Made by a program: the position numbers and the translations under genes. The notes beneath the pieces were generated by a model, which was given only the letters and a program-made list of their open reading frames with translations, was not told the origin of the DNA and did no database searches. Below are positions 28,341 through 37,725 of a DNA stretch of 64,000 nt, in pieces (position 1 is the first letter of the stretch; every line of letters starts with the position of its first letter). The stretch is from Candidatus Aminicenantales bacterium (GTDB lineage Bacteria; Acidobacteriota; Aminicenantia; Aminicenantales; UBA8522): NCBI GenBank assembly GCA_049682755.1, contig JBAUIH010000022.1, forward strand, positions 4,377 through 68,376. Direction: 5' to 3'.

Positions 28341-30857
28341 ATGGTCATGAAATGCAGCCGCTGTTCTTATGACAACCCGCCCGGACAGACCGCCTGTAGA
28401 AGCTGCGGCTCTTCCCTGATTGCGACTTCGGTCCCTCCGCCGTCCTCGACCATAACTCTCCAGATCCAGCGTGGCGATCTTCCCCGGGGTACCCAATTCG
28501 CCGGCCGGTTCGAGGTTGTGGAAAAACTAGGGGATGGCGGCATGGGCGCCGTCTACCGCGTTATGGATACGAAGATTCAAGAAGAGATCGCGCTCAAGCT
28601 CTTCAAGCCCGGTGTCGTTCCCGACCCATCGGCCATCGAACGCTTCAAGAACGAGCTGAAGCTGGCCCGCCGGATTATCCACAAAAATATCTGCTGCGTG
28701 TATGACCTGAACGAAGAGGAGGGGTTGCCCTACATTACGATGGAGTATGTCCCCGGCGAGGACTTGCGCAGCCTTCTCAGACGGGCGGGACGGCTCTCGG
28801 TCGAGAAAATCCTGTCGGTCGCCCGGCAAGCCTGTGACGGTCTCGCCGAGGCCCACCGCCTCGGTGTCGTCCACCGCGACCTGAAGCCGGCCAACATCAT
28901 GATCGACAGAGAAGGAAACGTCCACATCATGGATTTCGGCATTGCCCGGCCCCTGAGTGGTTCGGAATTGACTGAAGCCGGAACGATGATCGGAACCCCA
29001 GATTATATGTCTCCAGAACAAGCGGCTGGACGGCCGACCGACCGCCGCTCGGATATCTATTCTTTCGGCATCATCCTATACGAGATGGTCACCGGCCGGG
29101 TCCCCTTTGTCGGAGAGACGGCCCTGAGTGTTGCCTTGAAGCATAAAACCGACATCCCGGCGCCGCCCGGAGACCTAAACATCCAATCCCCGCCCGGCCT
29201 GAATCGCCTGGTTCTGAAATGCCTGGAGAAAAGGCCGGAAGACCGTTACCAGCACGCTGCCGAGATCCTCTCCGAGTTGCTGGAGGTCGAGGCGGAGCAT
29301 ATGGGGAAGCGAATACCTCCGGCGGAAAAAAAGACCACCCTCGGCTTGGCTGAAGAGCCCACTGCGACGCCAGAGCCCGGGCAGTCCATTGCGGTCCTGC
29401 CCTTCAAGGACATGAGCCCTCAACACGACCAGGATTATTTTTGCGAAGGCCTGGCTGAGGAGATTATCAACGCCCTGGCCCAGGTCAAAGGCCTCCGCGT
29501 GGCCGCCCGGACATCGTCTTTTTCCTTCAAGGGCAAGGAATCCGACATTCGCGACATCGGCCGCCTCCTGAGCGTCGCTTCCGTTCTGGAAGGGAGCGTC
29601 CAGAAAGCGGGAAACCGGCTCCGGGTCACTGTTCAGCTCATCAACATCGCCGACGGGTTTCACCTCTGGTCGGAACGGTTCGACAGGGACATCAAAGACA
29701 TCTTCGCCGTCCAGGATGAGATCTCCATGGCCGTTGTGGACAAGCTGAAAGTCGACTTGCGGGAGGGCGAGAAAGAGAAGATCACCAAGCGGCACACGCA
29801 GAATCAAGCCGCCCACCAACTCTATTTAAAAGGTCGTTACTACTTCAACCGCCGTTATCAAGGCGATATGATCAAGGCGGTCGCCTTCTACCAGAAGGCC
29901 ATAAAAAAGGACCCCGATTACGCTCTTCCCTATGTCGGAATCGGGGATGTCTTTCATATCTTCGGTCTGTGGTCTTTTATGCCGCCCGAAATTTGCTACG
30001 TAAACACCAAGGCCGCGTTGGAGAAGGCCCTGGAGATCGACAACACGATCGGCGAGCTCTACACCTCGCTGGCGGCCTTGGCCCAGTATTGTGAAGGAGA
30101 CATGGCGAAGGCGGAGCAGTATTACCTTCGCAGTATCGACCTGAGTCCGGATTACACCTACGCTCACGGTTGGTATGCCATTATGCTGGGCGCGCTGGGG
30201 CGGGCAGAGGAGGCTCTCCGGGAGGCTGACCGGGCAATCGCTTCGGACCCCCTCTTTTCACTCGCGTACGCCTTTAAGGGCATTGCCTTGTTCGGCCTCG
30301 GCCGGGCCGAAGAGGCCAGGGAGCAGATCGCCAAAGCCATTGCTATGAACCCCGAACAACCGATGCCTTACCTCTTCCTGGGAATGGCGTATCTGTTGAA
30401 AGATGCCGTGCCGGGAAAAGCCGTCGAATCCCTTAAGAAAGCCGCTGAGGCCGGCATTCCCTCCGGTTTAGGATGGTTGGGTCTGGCCTACGCCGTTGCC
30501 GGCCAAAGAGACGAAGCTTTGAAAGTCCTGGCCCGGATGGAGGCCATGGAAAAAGAACCTTATATGCCTTTTTTAAAAAAGATGGCTGTCCGTATTCTCC
30601 CAAGCCTGCGGCGCTTCCGCCGGCTGGACAAGAAATATGTTGCTCCCTTGCTAAAAGCCTTCGTTTATTTCGGCCTGAACCAACCCGAGAAAGCTCTGGA
30701 CTGGTTTGAAGAGTCTCGTCGGCGGGGGGATTATTATTTCTTAGGATATTTGAAGTTTCCCACTCTTTTCCCGGATACTCCCTGGTCCCAGAGTTTCCGA
30801 TCTCACCCCCGCTTCAAGGCTCTGACGGAGAGAATGAACGTCAGGGGGGAGGAGTGA
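28341..30857 (+). CDS. Ser/Thr protein kinase with N-terminal zinc ribbon and C-terminal TPR repeats
   Basis: CSRCSYDNPPGQTACRSCG zinc ribbon. Kinase motifs GDGGMGAVY, HRDLKPANIM, DFGIA, GTPDYMSPE. The C-terminal half is TPR-like. Confidence 0.8.
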   Translation: MVMKCSRCSYDNPPGQTACRSCGSSLIATSVPPPSSTITLQIQRGDLPRGTQFAGRFEVVEKLGDGGMGAVYRVMDTKIQEEIALKLFKPGVVPDPSAIERFKNELKLARRIIHKNICCVYDLNEEEGLPYITMEYVPGEDLRSLLRRAGRLSVEKILSVARQACDGLAEAHRLGVVHRDLKPANIMIDREGNVHIMDFGIARPLSGSELTEAGTMIGTPDYMSPEQAAGRPTDRRSDIYSFGIILYEMVTGRVPFVGETALSVALKHKTDIPAPPGDLNIQSPPGLNRLVLKCLEKRPEDRYQHAAEILSELLEVEAEHMGKRIPPAEKKTTLGLAEEPTATPEPGQSIAVLPFKDMSPQHDQDYFCEGLAEEIINALAQVKGLRVAARTSSFSFKGKESDIRDIGRLLSVASVLEGSVQKAGNRLRVTVQLINIADGFHLWSERFDRDIKDIFAVQDEISMAVVDKLKVDLREGEKEKITKRHTQNQAAHQLYLKGRYYFNRRYQGDMIKAVAFYQKAIKKDPDYALPYVGIGDVFHIFGLWSFMPPEICYVNTKAALEKALEIDNTIGELYTSLAALAQYCEGDMAKAEQYYLRSIDLSPDYTYAHGWYAIMLGALGRAEEALREADRAIASDPLFSLAYAFKGIALFGLGRAEEAREQIAKAIAMNPEQPMPYLFLGMAYLLKDAVPGKAVESLKKAAEAGIPSGLGWLGLAYAVAGQRDEALKVLARMEAMEKEPYMPFLKKMAVRILPSLRRFRRLDKKYVAPLLKAFVYFGLNQPEKALDWFEESRRRGDYYFLGYLKFPTLFPDTPWSQSFRSHPRFKALTERMNVRGEE

Positions 30858-32362
30858 TGCCGGATAAATCCCTGATTATTATTGGCGCCGGCATAGCCGG
30901 GCTGTCGGCCGGATGCTACGGCCGGATGAACGGTTACCGGGTGCAAATCCTTGAGCAGGACACGCGGCCGGGCGGCCTGTGCACCTCCTGGGAACGGAAA
31001 GGCTACACCATCCACGGGAACATGGCCTTTCTCGCCGGTTCCGGTCCCGGCATCGCCTATCATCGTATCTGGCAGGAGCTGGGCGTAGTGCCGGAGATCC
31101 GGATTGTCGATTGTGAACACATGATCATCTTTGAAGGTCGGGGCGGCCCTAATTTCTATCTCCATAACGACATCGAACGTCTCGAACGGCACATGAAGGA
31201 GCTGGCGCCGGAAGACGGCCGGCTGATTGACGAACTCATCCGTGGAATCAAGGTATTCGCCCGCTACGACCTTCCGATCGAGAAGGCCCCCGAGCTTCTC
31301 GGCCTGGGGGACAAGATCAAGCTTATGACGTCCAGTTTGCCCCTGATTTGGGCGATGAGAAAATGGGGGAAGACACCTCTCCAGGATATCGCCCGGCGGT
31401 TTCAAAGCCCTATCCTGCGGGAGGCCTTACAGGAATTCGCTCAGCTTTTTTCGGAGGACCTGCCGGCGGCCTTCTTTCTGCTGAGTGTGGCCTGGAACCA
31501 CAGGAAATCTTTCGGCTATCCTGTCGGGGGCGGGCTCAAGTTCGCCCGAGCGATCGAGCGCCGCTTTCTGGAGCTTGGGGGCGGAGTCCACTACAGGTCC
31601 CGCGTGGTCAAGATAGTGGTCAAAGACGACCGGGCTGTCGGCGTCCGGCTGGAAGACGGCCGGGAATTGCCGGCCGACGACGTCATCTCAGCGGCCGACG
31701 GCCGTTCGACCATCTTTGAATGGCTTGGGGGAAAATACACCGACGCCAATATCCGGACGATCTATAAAAACTGGTCGGTATCTTCGCCCGTGATTCTTGT
31801 CGCTCTGGGTGTCTCTCGCTCCTTCCCGGAGGTTTCCTGGAGCGCCGCCGGAACGGTCTATCCCCTGGAGCAGCCGGTCAACATCGGCGGAAAAGAATTC
31901 CAGAAGCTCCGGCCGATGATCTATAACTATGATTCCACGCTGGCTCCTCCTGGCAAGACTCTGATTCGGCTGCTGATTCCCGCCGCTTATGAATATTGGG
32001 ATGCTCTGCGCGGTGCGCCTGATGCCTACAAGGCCGAGAAGGAGAAGATCGCCGAGACGATTATCGGCCTGCTCGATAAAAGATTTCCTGGGCTCGCCTC
32101 CCAGGTGGAGATGAGTGACATCGCTAGCCCGCTCACCTTCGAGCGCTACACGGGGAACTGGAGAGCCGGGATGATGGGTTGGCAGCTGACCCCCCAAACG
32201 ATTTCCAAATCCATACCAAAAACGCTGCCCGGCCTACGCAATTTCCATATGGCCGGACAGTGGGTGGAAACATTCGGCGGCATTCCCGGTTCGGCCCTTT
32301 CCGGCCGCAACGTCATCCAGTTCCTCTGCCGACGGGATAAAAAGACCTTCGTCAGCGGCTAG
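30854..32362 (+). CDS. NAD(P)/FAD-dependent oxidoreductase (phytoene-desaturase/amine-oxidase superfamily)
   Basis: Dinucleotide-binding motif IIGAGIAGLSAG near the N-terminus. ATGATG overlap with the kinase stop. Confidence 0.55.
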   Translation: MMPDKSLIIIGAGIAGLSAGCYGRMNGYRVQILEQDTRPGGLCTSWERKGYTIHGNMAFLAGSGPGIAYHRIWQELGVVPEIRIVDCEHMIIFEGRGGPNFYLHNDIERLERHMKELAPEDGRLIDELIRGIKVFARYDLPIEKAPELLGLGDKIKLMTSSLPLIWAMRKWGKTPLQDIARRFQSPILREALQEFAQLFSEDLPAAFFLLSVAWNHRKSFGYPVGGGLKFARAIERRFLELGGGVHYRSRVVKIVVKDDRAVGVRLEDGRELPADDVISAADGRSTIFEWLGGKYTDANIRTIYKNWSVSSPVILVALGVSRSFPEVSWSAAGTVYPLEQPVNIGGKEFQKLRPMIYNYDSTLAPPGKTLIRLLIPAAYEYWDALRGAPDAYKAEKEKIAETIIGLLDKRFPGLASQVEMSDIASPLTFERYTGNWRAGMMGWQLTPQTISKSIPKTLPGLRNFHMAGQWVETFGGIPGSALSGRNVIQFLCRRDKKTFVSG

Positions 32363-34026
32363 CGCAGCGTGCCTTCGTAGTGGGCGGTGAGCTGGCGCTT
32401 CCGGACGACCTCAGGTGTATAGGAGGGGAGAAGCAGTGGAGCCATACGATCCGTCTTGATCCGGGCCTTCTTCAATTCATTCTCATAGGCCGTAATGTGC
32501 TCGAGCGTCAGTTTGCCGAGGGCGACATGTCGGCTATATTCCGCAGCGGACTTGCCGGCCCGCCGACCGAAGACGTTGTAATCGAGGACTGAATTCCCCA
32601 TCAGCCGGTTCCGGCCGTGGACTCCGCCCGATGCTTCGCCGGCAACAAACAGACCGGGGATATTGGTTTCGCATTTGGCGTTGATCTCGATTCCGCCGTT
32701 CTGGTAATGGAGCGAGGGGTAGACGAGCATCGGCTCTTTAGTGATGTCGATCTGGTAGCGGATGAATTGCCGGACCATGGCCGGGAAGTTCTTGTAAAGA
32801 TACCCGGCTCCCTGGATGATCTCGATGAGCGGGGAATCCAGCCAGATGCCCCACCGGCCGCTCGGGGTCTGGACCCCGTTGTGCCTCTCCAGGCATTCCC
32901 GGATGAAGGCTGCGCTCTCGACATCGCGCGGCTCCCGGGGAAAGACGAACAGCTCCCCGAACTTGTTGACCGGCTGGCCGCCGGCACCGCGGATTTTTTC
33001 AGTGATCAGGAAGCCGGCGATCTGCTCGGGGAAGCTGGCGCCCGTCGGATGGTACTGGACCGAGTCCATGTACAAGAGCTTGGCCCCGGCCCGGTAGGCC
33101 ACGACCAAACCGTCGGCGGTCGCCCCGTAATGATTGGTCGTATCAAACCCTCGGATATGGAGCCGTCCGTAGCCTCCGGTCGTGATGATCGTGGCCTTGG
33201 CCTTGACCGTGAAGTACTCCTCGGTCTCCAGGTTGTAGAGGATGCCGCCGGCGCAGCGGCCCTTATTGTCCAGGATGAGCTCCACTGTCGGCATGAACTC
33301 AAGGACCGTAACCTTGTCGGGATGATTGCGGACCTCGTCCATGAGCGTCCGCAGAATGATGGCCCCGGTATAATCCCGGCAGGAGTGCATCCGCTTCCGG
33401 GAAGTGCCTCCTCCGTGAAGGACATACATCGTATGATCAGGGTTCTTGTCCCAGACTACCCCCAGATCTTCCAGCCATTTGACTACCCCCGGTGCATCCT
33501 CGGTCAGGGCGCGGACGAGTTCCGGCTTGTTGTCGAAATGTCCGCCGCCGATAACATCCAGATAATGCCGGGTCGGGGGATCTTGGGGTGTCACCGCCGC
33601 CTGCATCCCTCCCTGCGACATCATCGAGTTGGCGTCGCCGATACGGAGCTTGGTGGAGATGATGCTCTTGGCGCCGTTCTGCATGGCGATGATGGCCGCG
33701 GCGCAGCCGGCTCCGCCGCCGCCGATGATCAGGATATCCGTTTCGTAGTCGGGTTTTTCAAGCTGAAAGAGTTCCGGCTTTATCCGGCTGTGCGACTCCA
33801 GGATATCGGCCACTTCCGTCGTGATCTCTTCGCCCTTGTTGGGTCCGATGTGGACGACACGGCGTGATCCTTTCCTGTAATCGGGATGGAACTTATTCAG
33901 CACATCTTCCCGCTCTTCAGCGGTCATCGACGGGAAGACAGGCTTCCCCGATTTTTGGATCTCCAGCCGTTTAGGCCTTGTCTGCTCAACAAGATTCAGG
34001 GATTCTTTCATGTATTCTGGGTACAT
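32359..34026 (-). CDS. Fumarate reductase / succinate dehydrogenase flavoprotein-family subunit (FrdA-like), with a roughly 100-aa N-terminal extension
   Basis: FAD motif IIGGGGAGCAAA. FrdA/SdhA active-site signatures HYQNGGI (cf. HYTMGGI) and QYHPTG (cf. QFHPT). Last gene of the 13-gene operon. Confidence 0.7.
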   Translation of the reverse strand: MYPEYMKESLNLVEQTRPKRLEIQKSGKPVFPSMTAEEREDVLNKFHPDYRKGSRRVVHIGPNKGEEITTEVADILESHSRIKPELFQLEKPDYETDILIIGGGGAGCAAAIIAMQNGAKSIISTKLRIGDANSMMSQGGMQAAVTPQDPPTRHYLDVIGGGHFDNKPELVRALTEDAPGVVKWLEDLGVVWDKNPDHTMYVLHGGGTSRKRMHSCRDYTGAIILRTLMDEVRNHPDKVTVLEFMPTVELILDNKGRCAGGILYNLETEEYFTVKAKATIITTGGYGRLHIRGFDTTNHYGATADGLVVAYRAGAKLLYMDSVQYHPTGASFPEQIAGFLITEKIRGAGGQPVNKFGELFVFPREPRDVESAAFIRECLERHNGVQTPSGRWGIWLDSPLIEIIQGAGYLYKNFPAMVRQFIRYQIDITKEPMLVYPSLHYQNGGIEINAKCETNIPGLFVAGEASGGVHGRNRLMGNSVLDYNVFGRRAGKSAAEYSRHVALGKLTLEHITAYENELKKARIKTDRMAPLLLPSYTPEVVRKRQLTAHYEGTLR

Positions 34027-34037
34027 CGGCAGCTCCT

Positions 34038-34793
34038 TTATTCCGTATCCCGGGCGTAATATCTCTTTTTCAGCTCATCCCGGTTCATGACCATCAGCTC
34101 TTTATATTCCTTGTCGAACTTCTTATCTTTCATATCCCGGAGCCTTTTCTCGAGCTCGGGGCTCTTGGGGGACAGGTAGCGCCCGTAGAGCCTCCGGCCC
34201 AGTATCCCGACGTTGTAGTGGACGATCTCGGCCGGGCAGCGGATGGCACAGAGGCCGCAGCTCAGACAGTCGAAGCTCAGGTCCATGACCTTCTCGATAT
34301 CGCCCCGGATGGCCGCCTGGATATAGTCCATGACCTCAAGGCTCTGGGGACAGGCCTTGGTGCAGGTATTGCAGGCGACACAGCGGAAAATCTCCGGGTA
34401 GAGAACCTGAAAGGCGGTGACGTCAGGCGGGAGTTTCTCGATATCATAGACGGGCTTTTGGGCGGGGATGACCGGCAGCTGCGACAGCCACATGCCCTCC
34501 TCGACGAGCGTCGTGCAGGCCAGGCCGGTGTATATTTTATATTCGCCGGGAAGGCGATAGACGGTTGCGCAGGCGCCGCAGAATCCTTCCCGGCAGCCGG
34601 CCCCCCGCTTGATCTGGTAGCCGGCGTATTCGATGGCCCCCATGATGGTGGCTTCGGCGGGGACCCTGTGGGCCTTGCCCATGATATAGACAGTGACCAT
34701 CTTTTCAGCCGCGGCTTTTTTTTCGGTCGCAGGCTTCCGTGGCTTTGCGCTCTTGGGTTTTTTTCTGGCTGGTACTTTCTTTCTTGGCGTCAT
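34038..34793 (-). CDS. SdhB/FrdB-like iron-sulfur subunit with Lys/Pro-rich N-terminal tail
   Basis: 2Fe-2S motif CREGFCGAC and two Cys clusters (CVACNTCTKACP, CLSCGLCAIRCP). The N-terminal tail PRKKVPARKKPKSAKPRKPATEKKAAAEK comes before the MVTVYIMGK core. The ATG at 34793 is preceded by AAGGAGA. Confidence 0.65.
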   Translation of the reverse strand: MTPRKKVPARKKPKSAKPRKPATEKKAAAEKMVTVYIMGKAHRVPAEATIMGAIEYAGYQIKRGAGCREGFCGACATVYRLPGEYKIYTGLACTTLVEEGMWLSQLPVIPAQKPVYDIEKLPPDVTAFQVLYPEIFRCVACNTCTKACPQSLEVMDYIQAAIRGDIEKVMDLSFDCLSCGLCAIRCPAEIVHYNVGILGRRLYGRYLSPKSPELEKRLRDMKDKKFDKEYKELMVMNRDELKKRYYARDTE

Positions 34794-34825
34794 CTCATCT
34801 CCTTCTCATTCAGACCGTTCGAGCC

Positions 34826-35650
34826 TCAATACTCCTGCGGCAGCGTCTTGAGCTCCGCCCAGGAGTAAACCGGGCCGTCCTTGCAGACGTAATGAAAACC
34901 GATATTGCAGCGGCCGCACTTGCCGATGCCGCACTTCATCTTGTTCTCGACCGTGGTGTAGATCTGTTCGTCCTCGAACTTGAGATCTTTGAGGTTCTTG
35001 ATGACGAACTTGATCATGATCGGCGGCCCGCAAGTAATGGCGATCGTGCCGGCGGGGGAGGGTTTCTTGTCCATGACATTGGTCGGCACGAATCCGATAA
35101 ACTCTTTCCAATCCGGCTCGGCCACGTCGATGGACAGATGGACGGGCATCTGACTCTTCAGTTCCCGCAGCTCGTCCTTGAAGACGATGTCCGCCGAGGT
35201 CCGGGCTCCGTAGATCAGGCTCAGGTCGCCGAATTCTTTGCGGCGAAGTAGCGCTGTCTGGACGATCGACCAGAGCGGCGCCAGCCCGATGCCGCCGCCG
35301 ATGAACACCAGGTTTTTCCCCTTCCAATCGTCGATCGGAAACCCATTCCCGTAGGGGCCGCGGATGCCGATGAGGTCTCCGGCCTCCATATCGTGGAGGG
35401 CGGCCGTGACCCGGCCCGAACGGAGGATACTGAACTGCATGAAGTCCTTGGCCAGCGGCGAGGAGGAGATGGAGATCATCGCTTCCCCCTTGCCGAAAAC
35501 GGACAGCATGGCGCATTGCCCGCAGCGATAGTCGAAGCGGCCGCCGTTGACCAGCTCGGTGCGAAACGTCTTGACCGCCCGGGCGCCGCCGACCTCTTCT
35601 TTGACCTGGATGATCTTGGCCAGTCTGGGGAGATAGACGTTAGGCTCCAT
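34826..35650 (-). CDS. FAD/NAD(P)-binding oxidoreductase with C-terminal 2Fe-2S (PyrK/HydG/AsrB/FlxA-like)
   Basis: Ferredoxin-reductase-type fold, about 270 aa, with a C-terminal cysteine cluster CGIGKCGRC...C. Confidence 0.6.
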   Translation of the reverse strand: MEPNVYLPRLAKIIQVKEEVGGARAVKTFRTELVNGGRFDYRCGQCAMLSVFGKGEAMISISSSPLAKDFMQFSILRSGRVTAALHDMEAGDLIGIRGPYGNGFPIDDWKGKNLVFIGGGIGLAPLWSIVQTALLRRKEFGDLSLIYGARTSADIVFKDELRELKSQMPVHLSIDVAEPDWKEFIGFVPTNVMDKKPSPAGTIAITCGPPIMIKFVIKNLKDLKFEDEQIYTTVENKMKCGIGKCGRCNIGFHYVCKDGPVYSWAELKTLPQEY

Positions 35651-36722
35651 GGTCCCTCACCTTGTCTAGGACTTTGATGATATCGATCCCCACGGGACAC
35701 ATGGTGATGCAGCGGCCGCAGCCCACGCACATGAACTTGTCGTAGACCTGGACGAAATACTGGAACTTGTGGAGCAGCCGTTGCCGCAGCCTCGAGGCCT
35801 TGTCGGGCCGGGGGTTGTGTCCCGAAGAGTGCATGGTGAAATCGGGGAATTGACAGGTGTCCCAGGTGCGAACCCTTTTTCCCCGGAGGGGAGTGGTGTC
35901 GATGATCTCATCGTTGATATCGAAACAGTGGCAGGATGGGCAGAGGTAGGTGCAAATGCCGCAGCGCAGGCAGCTCATCGCTTCCTCATCCCAGAAAGGG
36001 GAGTCGAACATGGTCTTGAGTTTCTCCGAGACCGCCCTGGCCCCTTTCAATTCGCGTTTGATCTTTTTCTCCGACTCGGTATGGATGACCTTTACTTTCT
36101 TCCTATCCTCCGGCTTCGCTTCCTCGAAGAGGCCCTTGGCGGCGTTGATAAGCGCTTCTCCCTTCGCGGTCAATGAGCGGACATAGTACTTGTCGCCGAG
36201 GTCCGTCAGCAGAATGTCTGATCCCTCCTCGGCATGAGGAGAGCCTTCCACCGAGGTGCAAAAGCAATTGTCCGATGGGGGAGGGGTGCAGGCCAGAGAC
36301 ACGAGGGTCGTTTGGTCGCGGCGCTTCCAGTAGTAAACGTCCTTGGGCTCGCTGGCAAAGACTTCGTCGAGCAACCAGGCAGCCTTAGCTTCACAGGGCC
36401 GCACTCCGAAGACAACGATTGGCTCGGCCGAAGGGAGGACCTCTTTCAGCTCGAGGGTTTCCGTGTTTCCCTCGAGAGATTTGGAAAATTCAAGAAGGAC
36501 CTCATTCTGGGGAAAGAGGATCTTCTTCGGGGGAAGAGTGGTCTGGAGGGTATCCAAAACGATGCCGTCCCCGTCCGCTTCGGCGTAGTTCCAGCGGCCC
36601 TCAGTGTCGTTTTTGGGGAGGTAGATTTTCCAGGACGTCAGTTTCTTGACCCATTGGGGAAAGTCCTTCTTGGTAAGCGTTTTTTCCATTATTCTACCTG
36701 ATAAAATCTTGAGGATCGTCAT
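35640..36722 (-). CDS. 4Fe-4S dicluster protein (HydB/AsrA/FlxB-like)
   Basis: Two ferredoxin motifs, CLRCGICTYLCPSCHC and CVGCGRCITMCPVG. The real start may be the internal MEKTLTKK near 36689. Confidence 0.5.
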   Translation of the reverse strand: MTILKILSGRIMEKTLTKKDFPQWVKKLTSWKIYLPKNDTEGRWNYAEADGDGIVLDTLQTTLPPKKILFPQNEVLLEFSKSLEGNTETLELKEVLPSAEPIVVFGVRPCEAKAAWLLDEVFASEPKDVYYWKRRDQTTLVSLACTPPPSDNCFCTSVEGSPHAEEGSDILLTDLGDKYYVRSLTAKGEALINAAKGLFEEAKPEDRKKVKVIHTESEKKIKRELKGARAVSEKLKTMFDSPFWDEEAMSCLRCGICTYLCPSCHCFDINDEIIDTTPLRGKRVRTWDTCQFPDFTMHSSGHNPRPDKASRLRQRLLHKFQYFVQVYDKFMCVGCGRCITMCPVGIDIIKVLDKVRDHGA

Positions 36723-37725
36723 CCCGGAAGCTGGAGATCAGGGCCGGAAGGTCGGGGTCGAACCCGACTTCATAGTCAAAGAGCTCTTTGGCTTCCTTCT
36801 CCAATTTCTTATTGAGGAGCCGGAGGGGGATGTCGAGGGGGCAGACGCGTTCGCATTCGCCGCAATCGATGCAGCGGCCGCCGAGATGGATGGCCCGGAC
36901 GAGATGATAGATCATGTTTTCGGACGGGGCCGCCGACCGCTGGATCCATTTGATCCGCCGGGCCTTCTCATCGGCCGTGGTGTCGGCGCTGACGGCCAGT
37001 TGGATGCTGTCGACAACGCACTCGTCGCAGTAGCACATCGGGCAGGCCGACCGGCAGGCATAACAGCGGATGCACTTGTCGATCTGCTCTTTCCAGAAGG
37101 CCCACCGCTCCTCGACCGGGAGAGACTCGATCTTTTCGACTGAGCCGAACGGCTTGTCCACCGGCCGCTTCGTTTTTTCGCCGCTCAGAACATCGTAGAT
37201 AACGGGAAAATTGGCCCGGCATTCCAGGCATCTCTCGGCGAGCAGTTCTTCGACGGGGACCTCGATCTTCCCGCCAGCGGTCGTGATGACGAAGCGGTTT
37301 TCGTCGTTGACTTCGATTGTTTTCGCCTTCTTGCCCGCCAGCTTTTTGGCCAGCTTGGCATCGTCGACAACGCCGGCTTTCTCACAGGAGATGCCCAGGA
37401 TATAGACGTCGCCGCGCTCGATGAATTTTTCCTGGAGGAGGACGACGATGGCCCGGCTGTCGCATCCCTTGACGACGATTCCAACCGGCCTCTTGTCGGG
37501 CGGCTTTTCCTTTCCCTTCCGCCTTTTTTCATCGACCAGAAAACGGACAAGGTTATGGACGCAAGTGGGGTCCCAGATGAGCCTGTCCACGTCCTCCGGC
37601 TGCTTGATGAAGAGCGGAGCGGCCGGCCAGCCGTTGCTGCCCGCGCCATAGCCGATGATATATTTCACCTTGCCGTCCTGGAGAAGTTTCCTGGCTTCCT
37701 CTTTAAGGGTGTCGATCTTGGCCAT
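36694..37725 (-). CDS. FrhB/FdhB-like iron-sulfur flavoprotein-family protein (FlxC-like position)
   Basis: Cys clusters CLECRANFP and CIRCYACRSACPMCYC...CIDCGECERVCP. It lies between the mvhD and HydB-like genes. Confidence 0.45.
   Translation of the reverse strand: MAKIDTLKEEARKLLQDGKVKYIIGYGAGSNGWPAAPLFIKQPEDVDRLIWDPTCVHNLVRFLVDEKRRKGKEKPPDKRPVGIVVKGCDSRAIVVLLQEKFIERGDVYILGISCEKAGVVDDAKLAKKLAGKKAKTIEVNDENRFVITTAGGKIEVPVEELLAERCLECRANFPVIYDVLSGEKTKRPVDKPFGSVEKIESLPVEERWAFWKEQIDKCIRCYACRSACPMCYCDECVVDSIQLAVSADTTADEKARRIKWIQRSAAPSENMIYHLVRAIHLGGRCIDCGECERVCPLDIPLRLLNKKLEKEAKELFDYEVGFDPDLPALISSFRDDDPQDFIR

Noticed and set aside
34826-36722. Calling the PyrK-like / 4Fe-4S pair an anaerobic sulfite reductase (AsrAB)
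   Set aside because: No AsrC (siroheme) gene is present, and the context is Hdr/MvhD, so an Flx/Hyd-like electron-input module fits better. AsrA/B similarity reflects a shared fold only.
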